A DNA stretch of 64,000 nt. It comes from Somniosus microcephalus. Its lineage: Eukaryota. This document shows positions 11,148 to 23,677 of this stretch, one piece after another; positions within the stretch are counted from its first letter, which is position 1, and each line of letters starts with the position of its first letter. Location: assembly GCA_052327205.1 (NCBI GenBank), contig CM126229.1, positions 42,346,001 to 42,410,000 on the forward strand. Direction: 5' to 3'. Made by a program: the position numbers and the translations under genes. The notes under the pieces are model-generated. The model was not told where the DNA came from, searched no databases, and saw nothing but the letters and a program-made list of their open reading frames with translations.

Positions 11148-14127
11148 AATGGCAGGGGGTTGGGAACCTGAGCAGGGAGACAGAGGAAAGGGAAACAAGG
11201 ATAAAAGCAAAAGATAGGAAGGAGAAAAACAAAAGTGGCAGTCAGAGAAATCAACGGTTTAAATCAAACATGGCCACAGTAAATAATAATTCTAATAGGT
11301 CTAAGAGCGTTAAAAAAACAAGCCTGAAGGCTTTGTGTCTTAATGCGAGGAGCATTTGTAATAAGGTGGATGAATTGGCTGTGCAAATAGAAGTAAACAA
11401 ATACGATTTGGTTGGGATTACGGAAACAAGGCTCAAGGAAGGCCAGGACTGGGAACTCAACATCCAGGGGTTTTCGATATTCAGGAAAGACAGGCAAAAA
11501 GGAAAGGGAGGTGGGGTAGCATTACTGGTTAAAGGAGGGCTTAACACAATTGTAATGAAGGATATTAGCTCTGATGAGGTGGAATCTGTATGGGTAGAAT
11601 TGAGAAATACTAGGGGGAAAAAAACGTTAGTGGGAGTGGTTTATAGACCTCCAAACAGTAAGGCGGAGGTTGGGGATGGCATTAAAAGGGAAATTAAAGA
11701 AGCGTGCAATAAGGGCACAGCAGTCATCATGGGTGACTTTACTCCACATATAGATTGGGCCAACCAAATTACTAACAATACTGTGGAGGAGGAATTCCTG
11801 GAGTGTTTACGGGATGGTTTCCTGGACCAATATGTCAAGGAACCAACCAGAGATCAGGCCATCTTAGACTGGGTATTATGTAACGAGGAAGGATTAATTA
11901 GCAATCTTGTTGTACGAGGCCCCTTGGGTCGGAGCGATCATAATATGATCAAATTCTTCATTAAGATGGAGAATGAAGTAGTTGACTCGGAGACTAGGGT
12001 CCTCAATTTAAATAAAGGAAACTACGATGGTCTGAGGAGCGAGTTGGGTAGGATTGATTGGGGAATTGCACTCAAAGGGTTGATGGTGGATAGGCAAAGG
12101 CAAACATTCAAAGACCGAATGGATGAACTACAGAATTTGTTCATCCCAGTTTGGCATAAAAATAAAACAAAAAAGGTGACCCAACCGTGGCTAACAAGGG
12201 AAATTAGGGATAGCATAAGGTCCAAGGAGAGGGCATATCAATTGGCCAGAAAAAGCAATAATCCTGAGGATTGGGAGCAGTTTAGGATTCAACAAAGGAG
12301 GACAAAGGGATTAATTAAGAAAGGGAAAATAGAATATGAGAGTAAGCTAGCAGGGAACATAAAAACTGACTGTAAAAGCTTTTATAGATATGTGAAGAGA
12401 AAAAGATTGGTGAAGTCAAGCGTAGGTCCCTTGCAGTCAGAATCAGGGGAATTTATAATGGGAAACAAAGAAATGGCAGACCAACTAAATACATATTTTG
12501 GTTCTGTCTTCACAAAGGAGGACACAAATAACCTCCCAGAGATGCTGGGGAACATAGGGTCTGATGAAAGGGTGGAACTGAAAGAAATCAGTATTTGTAG
12601 GGAAATGGTGTTAGGAAAATTGATGGGACTGAAGGCCGATAAATCCCCAGGGCCTGATAATCTACATCCCAGGGTACTTAAGGAAGTGGCCCTAGAAATA
12701 GTAGATGCATTGCTGGTCATCCTCCAGAACTCGATAGATTCTGGAACGGTACCCATGGATTGGCGGGTAGCTAATGTTACCCCACTATTCAAAAAAGGTG
12801 GTAGAGAAAAGGCGGGGAATTATAGACCGGTAAGCTTGACATTGGTAGTGGGGAAAATGCTAGAGTCCATTATAAAAGATGTAATAGCAGAGCACTTGGA
12901 AAGCAGTGACTGGATCGGACAAAGTCAACATGGATTTACAAAAGGTAAATCATGCTTGACTAATCTACTGGAATTTTTTGAGGATGTAACTGGTAAAATA
13001 GATAAGGGAGAACTAATGGATGTGGTGTATTTGGACTTTCAGAAGGCTTTCGATAAGGCCCCGCATAAGAGATTAGCGTGCAAAATTAAGGCACATGGGA
13101 TTGGGGGCAAGGTATTGACTTGGATAGAGAACTGGTTGGCGGACAGAAAGCAAAGAGTTGGAATAAATGGGTCGTTTTCCGAGTGGCAGGCAGTGACTAG
13201 TGGGGTACCGCAAGGATTGGTCCTAGGACCCCAGCTGTTCACAATATATATTAATGATCTGGACGAGGGAATTGGATGTAGTATCTCCAAATTTGCAGAG
13301 GACACAAAGCTGGGTGGGAGGGTATGCTGTGAGGAGGATGTCGTGAAACTCCAGTACGATTTGGACAGGTTGGGTGATTGGGCAGAAACATGGCAAATGC
13401 ACTATAATGTGGATAAATGTGAGGTTATCCACTTTGGTGGCAAAAACAGGAAGGCAGATTATTTGAATGCAATAGATTGGGAGAAGGGGAAGTGCAAAGA
13501 GACCTGGGTGTTCCTGTGCACCAGTCGCTGAAGGTAAACATGCAGGTGCAGCAGGCGGTTAAGGCGGCAAATGGTATGTTGGTCTTCGTAGCAAGAGGGT
13601 TCAAGTACAAGAACAAGGATGTCTTGCTGCAGTTGTACAGGGCCTTGGTGAGACCGCACCTTGAGTATTGTGTGCAGTTTTGGTTGCCTTACCTGAGGAA
13701 GGGCGGGCTTGCCATGGAAGGAGTGCAGCGAAGATTCACCAGGCTGATACCTGGGATGGCAGGAATGACGTATGAGGAGCGATTGTGTCGATTGGGCTTA
13801 TACTCACTGGAGTTTAGAAGATTGAGAGGGGATCTCATTGAAACCTATAAAATTCTGTCAGGCCTGGACAGACTAGATGCAGGAAGGATGTTTCTGATGG
13901 CCGGGGAGTCCAGAACCAGGGGTCATAGTCTAAGGATAAGGGGTAAGCCATTTAGGACTGAAATGAGGAGGAATTTCTTCACCCAGAGAGTGGTGAACCT
14001 GTGGAATTCTCTGCCACAGAGGGCGGTGGAGGCCAGTTCATTAAGTATATTCAAGAAAGAGTTGGATATATTTCTTAAGGCTAAAGGGATCAAGGGATAT
14101 GGGGAGAAGGCAGGGACAGGGTACTGA
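11123..14127 (+). pseudogene. CR1 ORF2 (apurinic endonuclease + reverse transcriptase), frameshifted near 13460-13480
   Basis: APE motifs (ITET, YRPP, GDF, SDH) and RT motifs (QHGF, AFDK, PQG). The catalytic FADD is changed to FAED, GDFN is changed to GDFT, and the C-terminus is in a second frame (13477-14127). Confidence 0.93.
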
Positions 14128-16866
14128 ATTTGGATGATCAGCCATGATCTCATTGAATGGCGGAGCAGGCTCGAAGGGCCGAATGGCCTACTCCTGCTCC
14201 TATCTTCTATGTTTCTATGTTTTTCATGGCAACATGAGGCTGGTAGTTCAAGAAAGATTGGGATGTTACATTGTGGTGTGCAGCTGATGGAGACCCACAC
14301 TGCTGCACTGTCAAAGAACTTCATGCTCTAACCCTTCCCTCTCTATAAAGTAAACCCAGAATTTCACAGGTGAATGTCAAGTTATTCATTTTTTCTAATA
14401 CCCTCATGAATGAGAATTGAGTCAAAAGTGTTCCCAAAAGAATTGCTTAGATCGAGTCACATATTTATCATACATTTTAATGTACAATGTACATTAGAGA
14501 AATGAGCACTTTAAGGATTTAAGAGCCTCACCCCAGCCTCCTCTGCCCCAGTGTTTAGCACCCTGCAATTACTGTAAAATCCAACGTCCCCGTGTTTCTT
14601 TCACTTGAGACAAACCTTCCCTCTCAGCCATCAGTGACAATGTTAGCCAACATCAATTATCCACATGCTTTAACAAGAACAGTCTTAAAGGCTAATAATA
14701 CATTCAAACATGCTCGTGCTAAAGGTTCCTCAAACAACATTGTGCAGTTGAAAACATTTCATAAATATAAAATTAGAAAAATACTTCTGCAGTATATAAA
14801 AGGATATTTGCTGCCAATTAGTTTCCTCTATTAAGATGTAATTTTTGATATTTCCCCTCCCCTATCGGCCTTCATATCCACACTCTCGCACCTACTGGGA
14901 GAGGCAGGCAGCTCTCCTGCTCCAGGGATGGTCACCTGAAGAAGCAGATGACATGCTGTTCTACTCTGGAGGGAAGCACTCACTCCACTTGGCATGGTTG
15001 AGTCTGGGGAACTGTGCAGGGTAACAGCAGGCATCAAGCCCATGCTTGAACGCTCTGAGGCAACATCCAAGATATATTTTTTCTTCTATTTATCAAGGTG
15101 AAGATAAGTCGACTGAATGGAAAGTATTTGCCACAGTGCAATACGCTGGACTACCAGTGACATGACATTAAGAGTCGGCTTCACAACCAGATAGCACAGG
15201 GATCAAATCACAAACACTTGAACTTGTGTCACAGCCGAAGGCTCACTATGTGGAGACAGGTGGCAAAGGGACTGACATCAAATCAGATCGCCAATAATTG
15301 GTCACAATCACAAGAAACTGAAATTGATCACACCTCTGTTGGGCATGGCCGATTTACAAATAATTAACAAAACAAGTTTAATACTTCAAGGGATTAAAAC
15401 AATTGTGAAATGGACAAGTATTTGAGAGAAAACAGCATTTTTTCGATTTATAAATTTACACCAAATTATGATGCTTCATTCAGCCCAGAAAAATAAAATT
15501 TAGGGCCAAGATTTGCACAAAAAACTACAAATTGGGTAAATTTCCTCCTGTTTTTAAAAAAAAAAGTGAAAAAAAAGTATTTGGGAGTTAAGGTTTTGTT
15601 TCTTAAGGCTGCTCAATTTAAGCATTGAAGAACTGGAATGTGGTATTAGGCTTTTACACCCTACATGTTTGTTCTACCCAAAATGCATTGCTTCAGTTAT
15701 ACAAAAATCAACAGTGTCATCTTGGACCTCCATAGAACACAGGTTAGAGCCAGGGGTTCACCACAAAGTAAACTTCTGATCTTTCCAGTGTTGTTGTTGG
15801 CAGACACGCTGAGGAAGATCAGGCATCCCAAGCTCAGTGCCCACACCGGGAATCACATCCCAAGCTCAGTATCGATGCGCATAGCAGAGGACTGATAGCA
15901 GATCTCAGCCTATGTGGGTGGTCAGGGACGGTGAGTGGAATGGACAGTTTCATAGTGAGCAACAAACCTCACAGATTAAAATACAAATTAAATTAAGTAT
16001 GCAGTTCTCGCTCCCTCTGGAAAAGGGGAGCCAACAGCACAGTGTGTGTGAAGCATTTGGGAATAAACACCTTCATAAATTGCCTGTATAGCTTGGCATT
16101 ACTTAAGTAAAAAAACAGAAAACGATGAAATTAATCTCAAGAAGCTGCACCAGAGGTTTGTAGTTCACTACTATAATTATTAAAAAAAGTTAATTTGGTA
16201 ATTTCTGCAATAATAAGATAACAGACTTGAATGGTGGCATAGTGCTAATTAATTCAACTTACAGCAGTAGAAGCCCCTTAACCCACCCCTATAGCGTGTG
16301 AGCCCATGGATCATATCCTGCAGTTACCCTGAACCATTCCATAGTATCCACTCCCTTAATTATTCAAATATCTGGAATAGCGATGCATTGCAAGTAACGA
16401 ACCGTGCAATCTATGGATTTAGTTGAAGACAGCACACGCAGCTTAACCTGTTAGTCTGTTCTCTGCTTAATTCACAGGCTGTCAAGTACAATCAGGACAT
16501 TACTGTGTATAGTGGGCAGGTAGGTGTGTGGCACACTGGTATGATCAATGCACTACATCATTAATTCTGCAATACACCCATGATTCTCCACATTAAACTC
16601 CCAAACTCAGTCAGAGCAAAATACTGAGCAAAGATTTTTTTACTTGCCCACAGTGAGCGGAGATGAAGGGAAAGGGGTCAATCTGGGGTCCTCTATTGTA
16701 CCAGCTAGAGTGGTGCAAGAACAAGTTGCAAAATTGTGACATTAAACAAACAGCATAAAATGTTCAAAGTAACTGGAGACAGCACTGATGTTAGATTTAG
16801 TGAGTTATCCATTTGGAAACTCCATGCTCAAAGATTGTTAATTCACTTCCAAACACGTCTGCTTAC

Positions 16867-16996
16867 CCTCCATAGGCCGGTATGGCGGTGGGAGGCGCTG
16901 CTGCACGGAACGCGCTGTAGACTGCACGACCTCGTCCTCTCAGGGCACCTCTCAGTGCAGCCGCTGTGGTGGCTGCTTGATATGGGAAACCAGGAA
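16867..16996 (-). CDS. RBFOX2: RBFOX2 exon ([44 protein letters not shown]), 130 nt
   Basis: CCTCAG|TT acceptor, GG|GTAAGC donor, conserved PGFPY and RGRGR motifs. Confidence 0.95.
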
Positions 16997-17986
16997 CTGA
17001 GGATTCAGGGAATGGAGGAGAGAGAATTAGGATGCTGTTGTAAACACCAGTTCAAAATAACTAACAAGAAAAACAATCTTTCCATGAAAGGCAACAGTGG
17101 TTGTGACAATCAATCAAAAACCAGTCAAAGCATGCCAATAAAAATGTACTGACAAGCATGCAGGCATCACTATAAACTAAAAGGCCTTTGCATTAATAAA
17201 TTTAGCATTAGAAGGCTCACCTATACAATGCAAAGTATGTTTGTGTTATTTTGTCTGCAGTATACCAACATTGTCTCAGTGTAAAATATATCAAAGTTTA
17301 AGAGAATACACTAATCATACACAAGCAGGAACTTCACAATGATTGTTTCTAAATTAAGAAAAAGTGGGACTGGATGGTGCAGTGCATTAGTCACTGCTCT
17401 TTCACTTGTAGGAGCTGGCTTAATCCAGCTCTGATTCATGGGATGAAAATCTCTGTTTGCTGCATGTCAGGGTTCAGTGTGAAATGGAAAGTCTCAATCC
17501 AGTGTGCAACAGGAAGCATATACAGTTGAGCCTTCTAATGCAGAGAGGAATTTCCCAGGTTTTTTCCCTAAATTGGCCCATGGGAATTTTCTATGGTTTT
17601 TAGCCTCTCCCAGGAGATTTTCTGGCTTGTGGGTGGTTGGGGGGTAAGAAATCAGTGGCGATGGTCTGCAGAGTTAATATAGGACAAGCTCGATAGACCA
17701 GCTGGTCATCTTTTGTATGTTCGTAATCTTTGTTCTATTTGCCGCACCAGCCTTCAATGTTACGCTGATGCAGTCGCAGTCGGTGTTTTCAGATCGGGCA
17801 ACATACAGGGAGCTTTAATCTGCATATACCCCTGCTGTACTTCACAGTGCAACCACCTACAATATGATGGCACGCACATAGAAGGCCCTTCAATCAAGAC
17901 TCACTCATCCTTGACAATAAATTTGAATAAAATATGTGACCGAGTGGTTCTCAAACTGAGCCAGCAAAACACTCGAAGCTAGAACT

Positions 17987-20369
17987 GAACCAGAAGGAGG
18001 AAACACAGAGTGAGGAACCAGAAGGAGGAAACACAAGAGTGAGGAACCAGAAGGAGGAAACACAAGAGTGAGGAACCAGAAGGAGGAAACAGAGTGAGGA
18101 ACCAGAAGGATGAAACAGAGTGAGGAACCAGAAGGAGGAAACAGAGTGAGGAACCAGAAGGATGAAACAGAGTGAGGAACCAGAAGGATGAAACAGAGTG
18201 AGGAACCAGAAGGAGGAAACACAAGAGTGAGGAACCAGAAGGAGGAAACAGAGTGAGGAACCAGAAGGAGGAAACAGAGTGAGGAACCAGAAGGAGGAAA
18301 CACAAGAGTGAGGAACCAGAAGGAGGAAACACAGAGTGAGGAACCAGAAGGATGAAACAGAGTGAGGAACCAGAAGGAGGAAACAGAGTGAGGAACCAGA
18401 AGGAGGAAACACAAGAGTGAGGAACCAGAAGGAGGAAACAGAGTGAGGAACCAGAAGGAGGAAACAGAGTGAGGAACCAGAAGGATGAAACAGAGTGAGG
18501 AACCAGAAGGAGGAAACACAAGAGTGAGGAACCAGAAGGAGGAAACAGAGTGAGGAACCAGAAGGAGGAAACAGAGTGAGGAACCAGAAGGAGGAAACAC
18601 AAGAGTGAGGAACCAGAAGGAGGAAACAGAGTGAGGAACCAGAAGGAGGAAACAGAGTGAGGAACCAGAAGGAGGAAACACAAGAGTGAGGAACCAGAAG
18701 GATGAAACAGAGTGAGGAACCAGAAGGATGAAACAGAGTGAGGAACCAGAAGGATGAAACAGAGTGAGGAACCAGAAGGATGAAACAGAGTGAGGAACCA
18801 GAAGGATGAAACAGAGTGAGGAACCAGAAGGATGAAACAGAGTGAGGAACCAGAAGGAGGAAACACAAGAGTGAGGAACCAGAAGGAGGAAACAGAGTGA
18901 GGAACCAGAAGGAGGAAACACAAGAGTGAGGAACCAGAAGGAGGAAACAGAGTGAGGAACCAGAAGGAGGAAACAGAGTGAGGAACCAGAAGGATGAAAC
19001 AGAGTGAGGAACCAGAAGGATGAAACAGAGTGAGGAACCAGAAGGAGGAAACACAAGAGTGAGGAACCAGAAGGATGAAACAGAGTGAGGAACCAGAAGG
19101 AGGAAACACAAGAGTGAGGAACCAGAAGGAGGAAACAGAGTGAGGAACCAGAAGGAGGAAACACAAGAGTGAGGAACCAGAAGGAGGAAACAGAGTGAGG
19201 AACCAGAAGGAGGAAACACAAGAGTGAGGAACCAGAAGGATGAAACAGAGTGAGGAACCAGAAGGAGGAAACACAAGAGTGAGGAACCAGAAGGAGGAAA
19301 CAGAGTGAGGAACCAGAAGGAGGAAACAGAGTGAGGAACCAGAAGGATGAAACAGAGTGAGGAACCAGAAGGAGGAAACACAAGAGTGAGGAACCAGAAG
19401 GAGGAAACAGAGTGAGGAACCAGAAGGAGGAAACACAAGAGTGAGGAACCAGAAGGATGAAACAGAGTGAGGAACCAGAAGGAGGAAACACAAGAGTGAG
19501 GAACCAGAAGGAGGAAACAGAGTGAGGAACCAGAAGGAGGAAACAGAGTGAGGAACCAGAAGGAGGAAACACAAGAGTGAGGAACCAGAAGGATGAAACA
19601 GAGTGAGGAACCAGAAGGATGAAACAGAGTGAGGAACCAGAAGGAGGAAACAGAGTGAGGAACCAGAAGGAGGAAACAGAGTGAGGAACCAGAAGGATGA
19701 AACACAGAGTGAGGAACCAGAAGGAGGAAACACAGAGTGAGGAACCAGAAGGAGGAAACACAGAGTGAGGAACCAGAAGGAGGAAACACAAGAGTGAGGA
19801 ACCAGAAGGAGGAAACACAGAGTGAGGAACCAGAAGGAGGAAACACAAGAGTGAGGAACCAGAAGGAGGAAACACAGAGTGAGGAACCAGAAGGAGGAAA
19901 CACAAGAGTGAGGAACCAGAAGGAGGAAACACAGAGTGAGGAACCAGAAGGAGGAAACACAAGAGTGAGGAACCAGAAGGAGGAAACACAGAGTGAGGAA
20001 CCAGAAGGAGGAAACACAGAGTGAGGAACCAGAAGGATGAAACACAGAGTGAGGAACCAGAAGGAGGAAACACAGAGTGAGGAACCAGAAGGAGGAAACA
20101 CAGAGTGAGGAACCAGAAGGAGGAAACACAAGAGTGAGGAACCAGAAGGAGGAAACACAGAGTGAGGAACCAGAAGGAGGAAACACAAGAGTGAGGAACC
20201 AGAAGGAGGAAACACAAGAGTGAGGAACCAGAAGGATGAAACAGAGTGAGGAACCAGAAGGATGAAACAGAGTGAGGAACCAGAAGGATGAAACAGAGTG
20301 AGGAACCAGAAGGAGGAAACACAAGAGTGAGGAACCAGAAGGATGAAACAGAGTGAGGAACCAGAAGGA
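17987..20369. repeat. Minisatellite, 26/28/29-bp variant units GAGTGAGGAACCAGAAGGA(G/T)GAAACA(CA/CAA), roughly 85-90 copies
   Basis: Directly visible. It produces spurious ~800-aa ORFs in all three minus frames. Confidence 0.98.
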
Positions 20370-20576
20370 GTACAAAGGAACAGCAGCAAATCACAGGGCA
20401 TTAAATTCAACCCAACAGTTTTGATGTCACAAACAGTAATGGCAAAGTTCAAATGTTTTATGAAGAGATGGGTGGAGACTGTATTAGGGCCTCATAAACC
20501 CCATGGCTGCTGTTCCTCTCCTATAATGTATAGTGCAGTTTATTTAAATAGAACATTTGTTTTCAACTGGTCTTAC

Positions 20577-20651
20577 CGTTGTGTGTTGGGCTGAGTGCTG
20601 TAGAGGCGACGGGATGTAGGTGAAAGGGTAAAGATGATAGTGATGCTGGAC
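20577..20651 (-). CDS. RBFOX2: Candidate in-frame alternative exon (G-PASLSSLPFHLHPVASTALSPTHN), 75 nt, phase 1-1
   Basis: CTTTCAG|GT acceptor and ACG|GTAAGA donor, no stop, frame-preserving. It sits where mammalian RBFOX1/2 have a variable cassette exon, but I recognise no peptide homology. Confidence 0.55.
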
Positions 20652-21406
20652 CTGAAAGTATATAGCATCACATGACCAGTATTAAAACCTTATTTTGGTC
20701 GGCAGTGTCTTACTGGTAAATACGCTGTACACTTTATATTACACTGTGATTTTGTACATAAAACCCAAGTTCACTGCACTACATATCCACCCCCCCCCAA
20801 TAAAACAATCATAATAAATCATAGACAATACTAATAGATTATTCAGATTATCTCCAATTTTCTAATTCCCTTGGATTATTCTAATTTTGTTTACTCTCCA
20901 TCTGAATGTTGACTGCATTTTCTCCTTTTAAAAGGTTCATTCTGTACATTTTGACTTGAGATGGAGAACTGGGCAGTCTTTATTGGAGCAAAAACCCTGC
21001 TCCAAGAACCAAGCAGTACCACACGGAAGAACACCCTAATGGTCATCTGATTTCAGCAGCTGGCAAAGTGCCACAGATCCCACCTTTGCTCAAGGGCTCC
21101 CGATACCTCAGTTACAAAAGGCAGTGTGTAATATTGTACGCCGTGCAGTCCAGCAGGTCCCAGCCTGTGCTCAGTGAGCTGATCGCAGCACCCTGGCCTA
21201 GGGAGGGGGAAGTCTGCCACAGTTCCGCTTCCGATAGCAAGATTAAAATTATCACTAAAGATCCTACTGAATAGTAATATTCAAATGTACAGAAGCCAAA
21301 TTCTCAGTGCCAAATTTATACATATTTTCTGATCGTGTTTCACTGGAATCCTTAAAAAAAAAAGAAACTCAGATAGTTTAATCCTAGGCGAGACTGTTTT
21401 ACTTTA

Positions 21407-21508
<102 letters not shown>

Positions 21509-21539
21509 TTAAAGACAAATCCAATTAAAGTGGAGGCAA

Positions 21540-21850
21540 ATGAGTCTAGAACGAGGGGTCAGTGTCTCGATGCGGGGTAGGACATTTAGGACTGAGAGGA
21601 GGAGAAATTTCTTCACTCAGAGGGTGGTGAACCTATGGAATTATCTACCACAGAAGGCTGTGGAGGCCAAGTCACTGAATATATTTAAGAAGAAGATCGA
21701 TAGATTTCTAGATGCAAAAGGCATCAAGGGGTATGGGGAGAGAGCGGGAATATGGTATTGAGATAGAGGATCAGCCATGATCATATTGAATGGCGGAACA
21801 GGCTCGAAGGGCTAAATGGCCTACTCCAGCTCCTATTTTTCTATGTTCTA
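21540..21850 (+). mobile_element. CR1 3' fragment
   Basis: RNFFTQRVVNLWN...GYGERAG and tail. Confidence 0.88.
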
Positions 21851-23464
21851 ACATCAAGCTGCAATTAGAAACAACATAACAGAGTACCCAACAACTAATC
21901 AGCAATAAACAACCAGAATATCTGTAGATGCTAGTCTTTCTAGCTACTCTATTCTAGTGGATTAATCTATGCTGCAGAGCTCTCCCCAATGGCTCAGTAT
22001 CGTTATCCAATGAGCTAGAAAGACCAGGAAGATCCAGGTTCATGTGCAGAGTTTCTGTGAGGAGCAATTGTCCTCAGCATCCCTGGGGTTATAGAAAGAA
22101 AAATCATCCAATGCTCGAGCTGGAAGTGAATACTGCACGAGGACAAGAGCAGGCCTTCGAACACTCAGCATCAAGGCCCAGCACAAACACAAGCTACTGG
22201 GCCAAGTACTGGAGGGCAATTGATTCCACTTGGCAAGCTACCAGAGGTAGCTGGTGCCACTTGCCACAGTTCCAGAGGGTGTTTGGCACCTGTGGAACTG
22301 TACTCCAGCACAAAGGTAATACCATCAGGAGGAGGAGGCAGGGAGCAGATTGGCAAAAAAAATAAACCTGCATCAGTAAAGCACCCTGAACTTCAACTCA
22401 ATGTGCAGACACACAGAGATGGTTGCCATGACTTCCAAAGTACTGATCGAAAAAACCTTTTCAATAAATATAAAACAACTCAGACAGTGCCTTTAAAGTA
22501 GAAAATTGTCCCAAAGTACTTCACACAGGCATATCAAAAAAAAGATACCAGGAGTGGTGATCAAAAACATGCTCGAGGCATGTTTGAGGAAGGGTTTTCA
22601 AGGAGAAGGAGCTGGGAAGGTGGAGAGGTTTAGGGAGAGAATTCCAGGGCGTGGCACCTATGCAGCTCAAGGCACGGCCACCAATGGTGCACATGGATGC
22701 ACAAGAGCGTGAAGTGAGAGGAAGAGAAGGTGGAGGGAACAGTTGTAGGACTGGATGAGGTTACAGAGGCAAGGTCGGGAGGGGCAAGGGAACTTAAGCA
22801 TGAGGATGAGAATTTTAAATTTGAGGCATTAGAGAGACAGGAAACCGCTAGAGGAGAGTCGCTCCTCTTATCCTTGTGGTTAACATCAACACCCAGTGTG
22901 GCACTGAGCCATATAGACTTGATGGTCCCAGTTCTGCTCCCCAACTGTGCTGAGATAGCAGATCTCGGCCTGAGCAGCCCTCAATGCCCTGAGCTGGAGA
23001 AAGGGTTAATTAGCCAGGGTTCCCATGGCACCTGGTGGAATATGCCTGGATGTCAGGGGAGGACATGACCAGACCAGATTGGATACTCTCCCAGCTCAAG
23101 TAGAATGGCTAAGCTTCTATTTGAAGATAGCCACTTGGGAGAAGAACCAAATTGCTCCAGTCACTTATGAAACAGTACATCAATCTCGGCCTACACTGTG
23201 TAAACTATAGCTATCAGATATTTCAAAACTTATTCCAGGCTTGCAGTTGGACATCATAATAGTAATTTAAAATTCTAACCCATATGCCTCTGATGGCTCA
23301 GCTGGTTTAAGCAATGACTAGCTGAATCACACAGGCCAAGAGTGTCCCAACTTCAATCACTGGTCTGTGCCGTCAGCTGATCTCTGGCAGTGGAGTGACA
23401 GTCGGGAGCTGCAATTGGCTTCAGTACCCGTGGGAAGCCAGCCAGGATTTCTGCTACTGATCAC

Positions 23465-23677
23465 TGATGCGCTATCAATTACTCATAAAAGACAGAGTTA
23501 AGAGAGTAACTAAAGGCTTTTATTAACAAAAGAATGAAGGTCTGCCTCGAGTGGTCGACCGGTCCAGAAATACAAAGGGCTGGGGAGCAGTCACCTTTAT
23601 ACTAGGACTTGTGGGAGGAGTCAGCCGAGGCATGTCCAGGCATGTCCACAGTGGAATACAAACAGTGGTTTACCACA
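23465..23677 (-). mobile_element. Solo LTR (213 bp)
   Basis: The minus strand reads TGTGG...CATCA with TATAAA followed by AATAAA. A 5-bp TSD ATCAC lies at 23460-23464 and 23678-23682. It interrupts an older SINE. Confidence 0.85.

Larger units (their letters stand above)
9598..14222 (+). mobile_element. Near full-length CR1-clade LINE, inactivated
   Basis: CpG-rich 5'UTR with 111-bp tandem monomers, ORF1, ORF2 (APE+RT), typical CR1 3'UTR and (TCTATGTT)n tail. Confidence 0.95.

Noticed and set aside
9598-14222. Currently autonomous active LINE
   Set aside because: RT FADD is changed to FAED, APE GDFN to GDFT, and there is a frameshift near 13470.
17987-20369. CRISPR-like array
   Set aside because: There are no unique spacers, the units are contiguous, and the context is a vertebrate intron.
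17905-20452. Three ~800-aa hydrophobic ORFs on the minus strand
   Set aside because: They are an artefact of a stop-free minisatellite that is open in all three frames.
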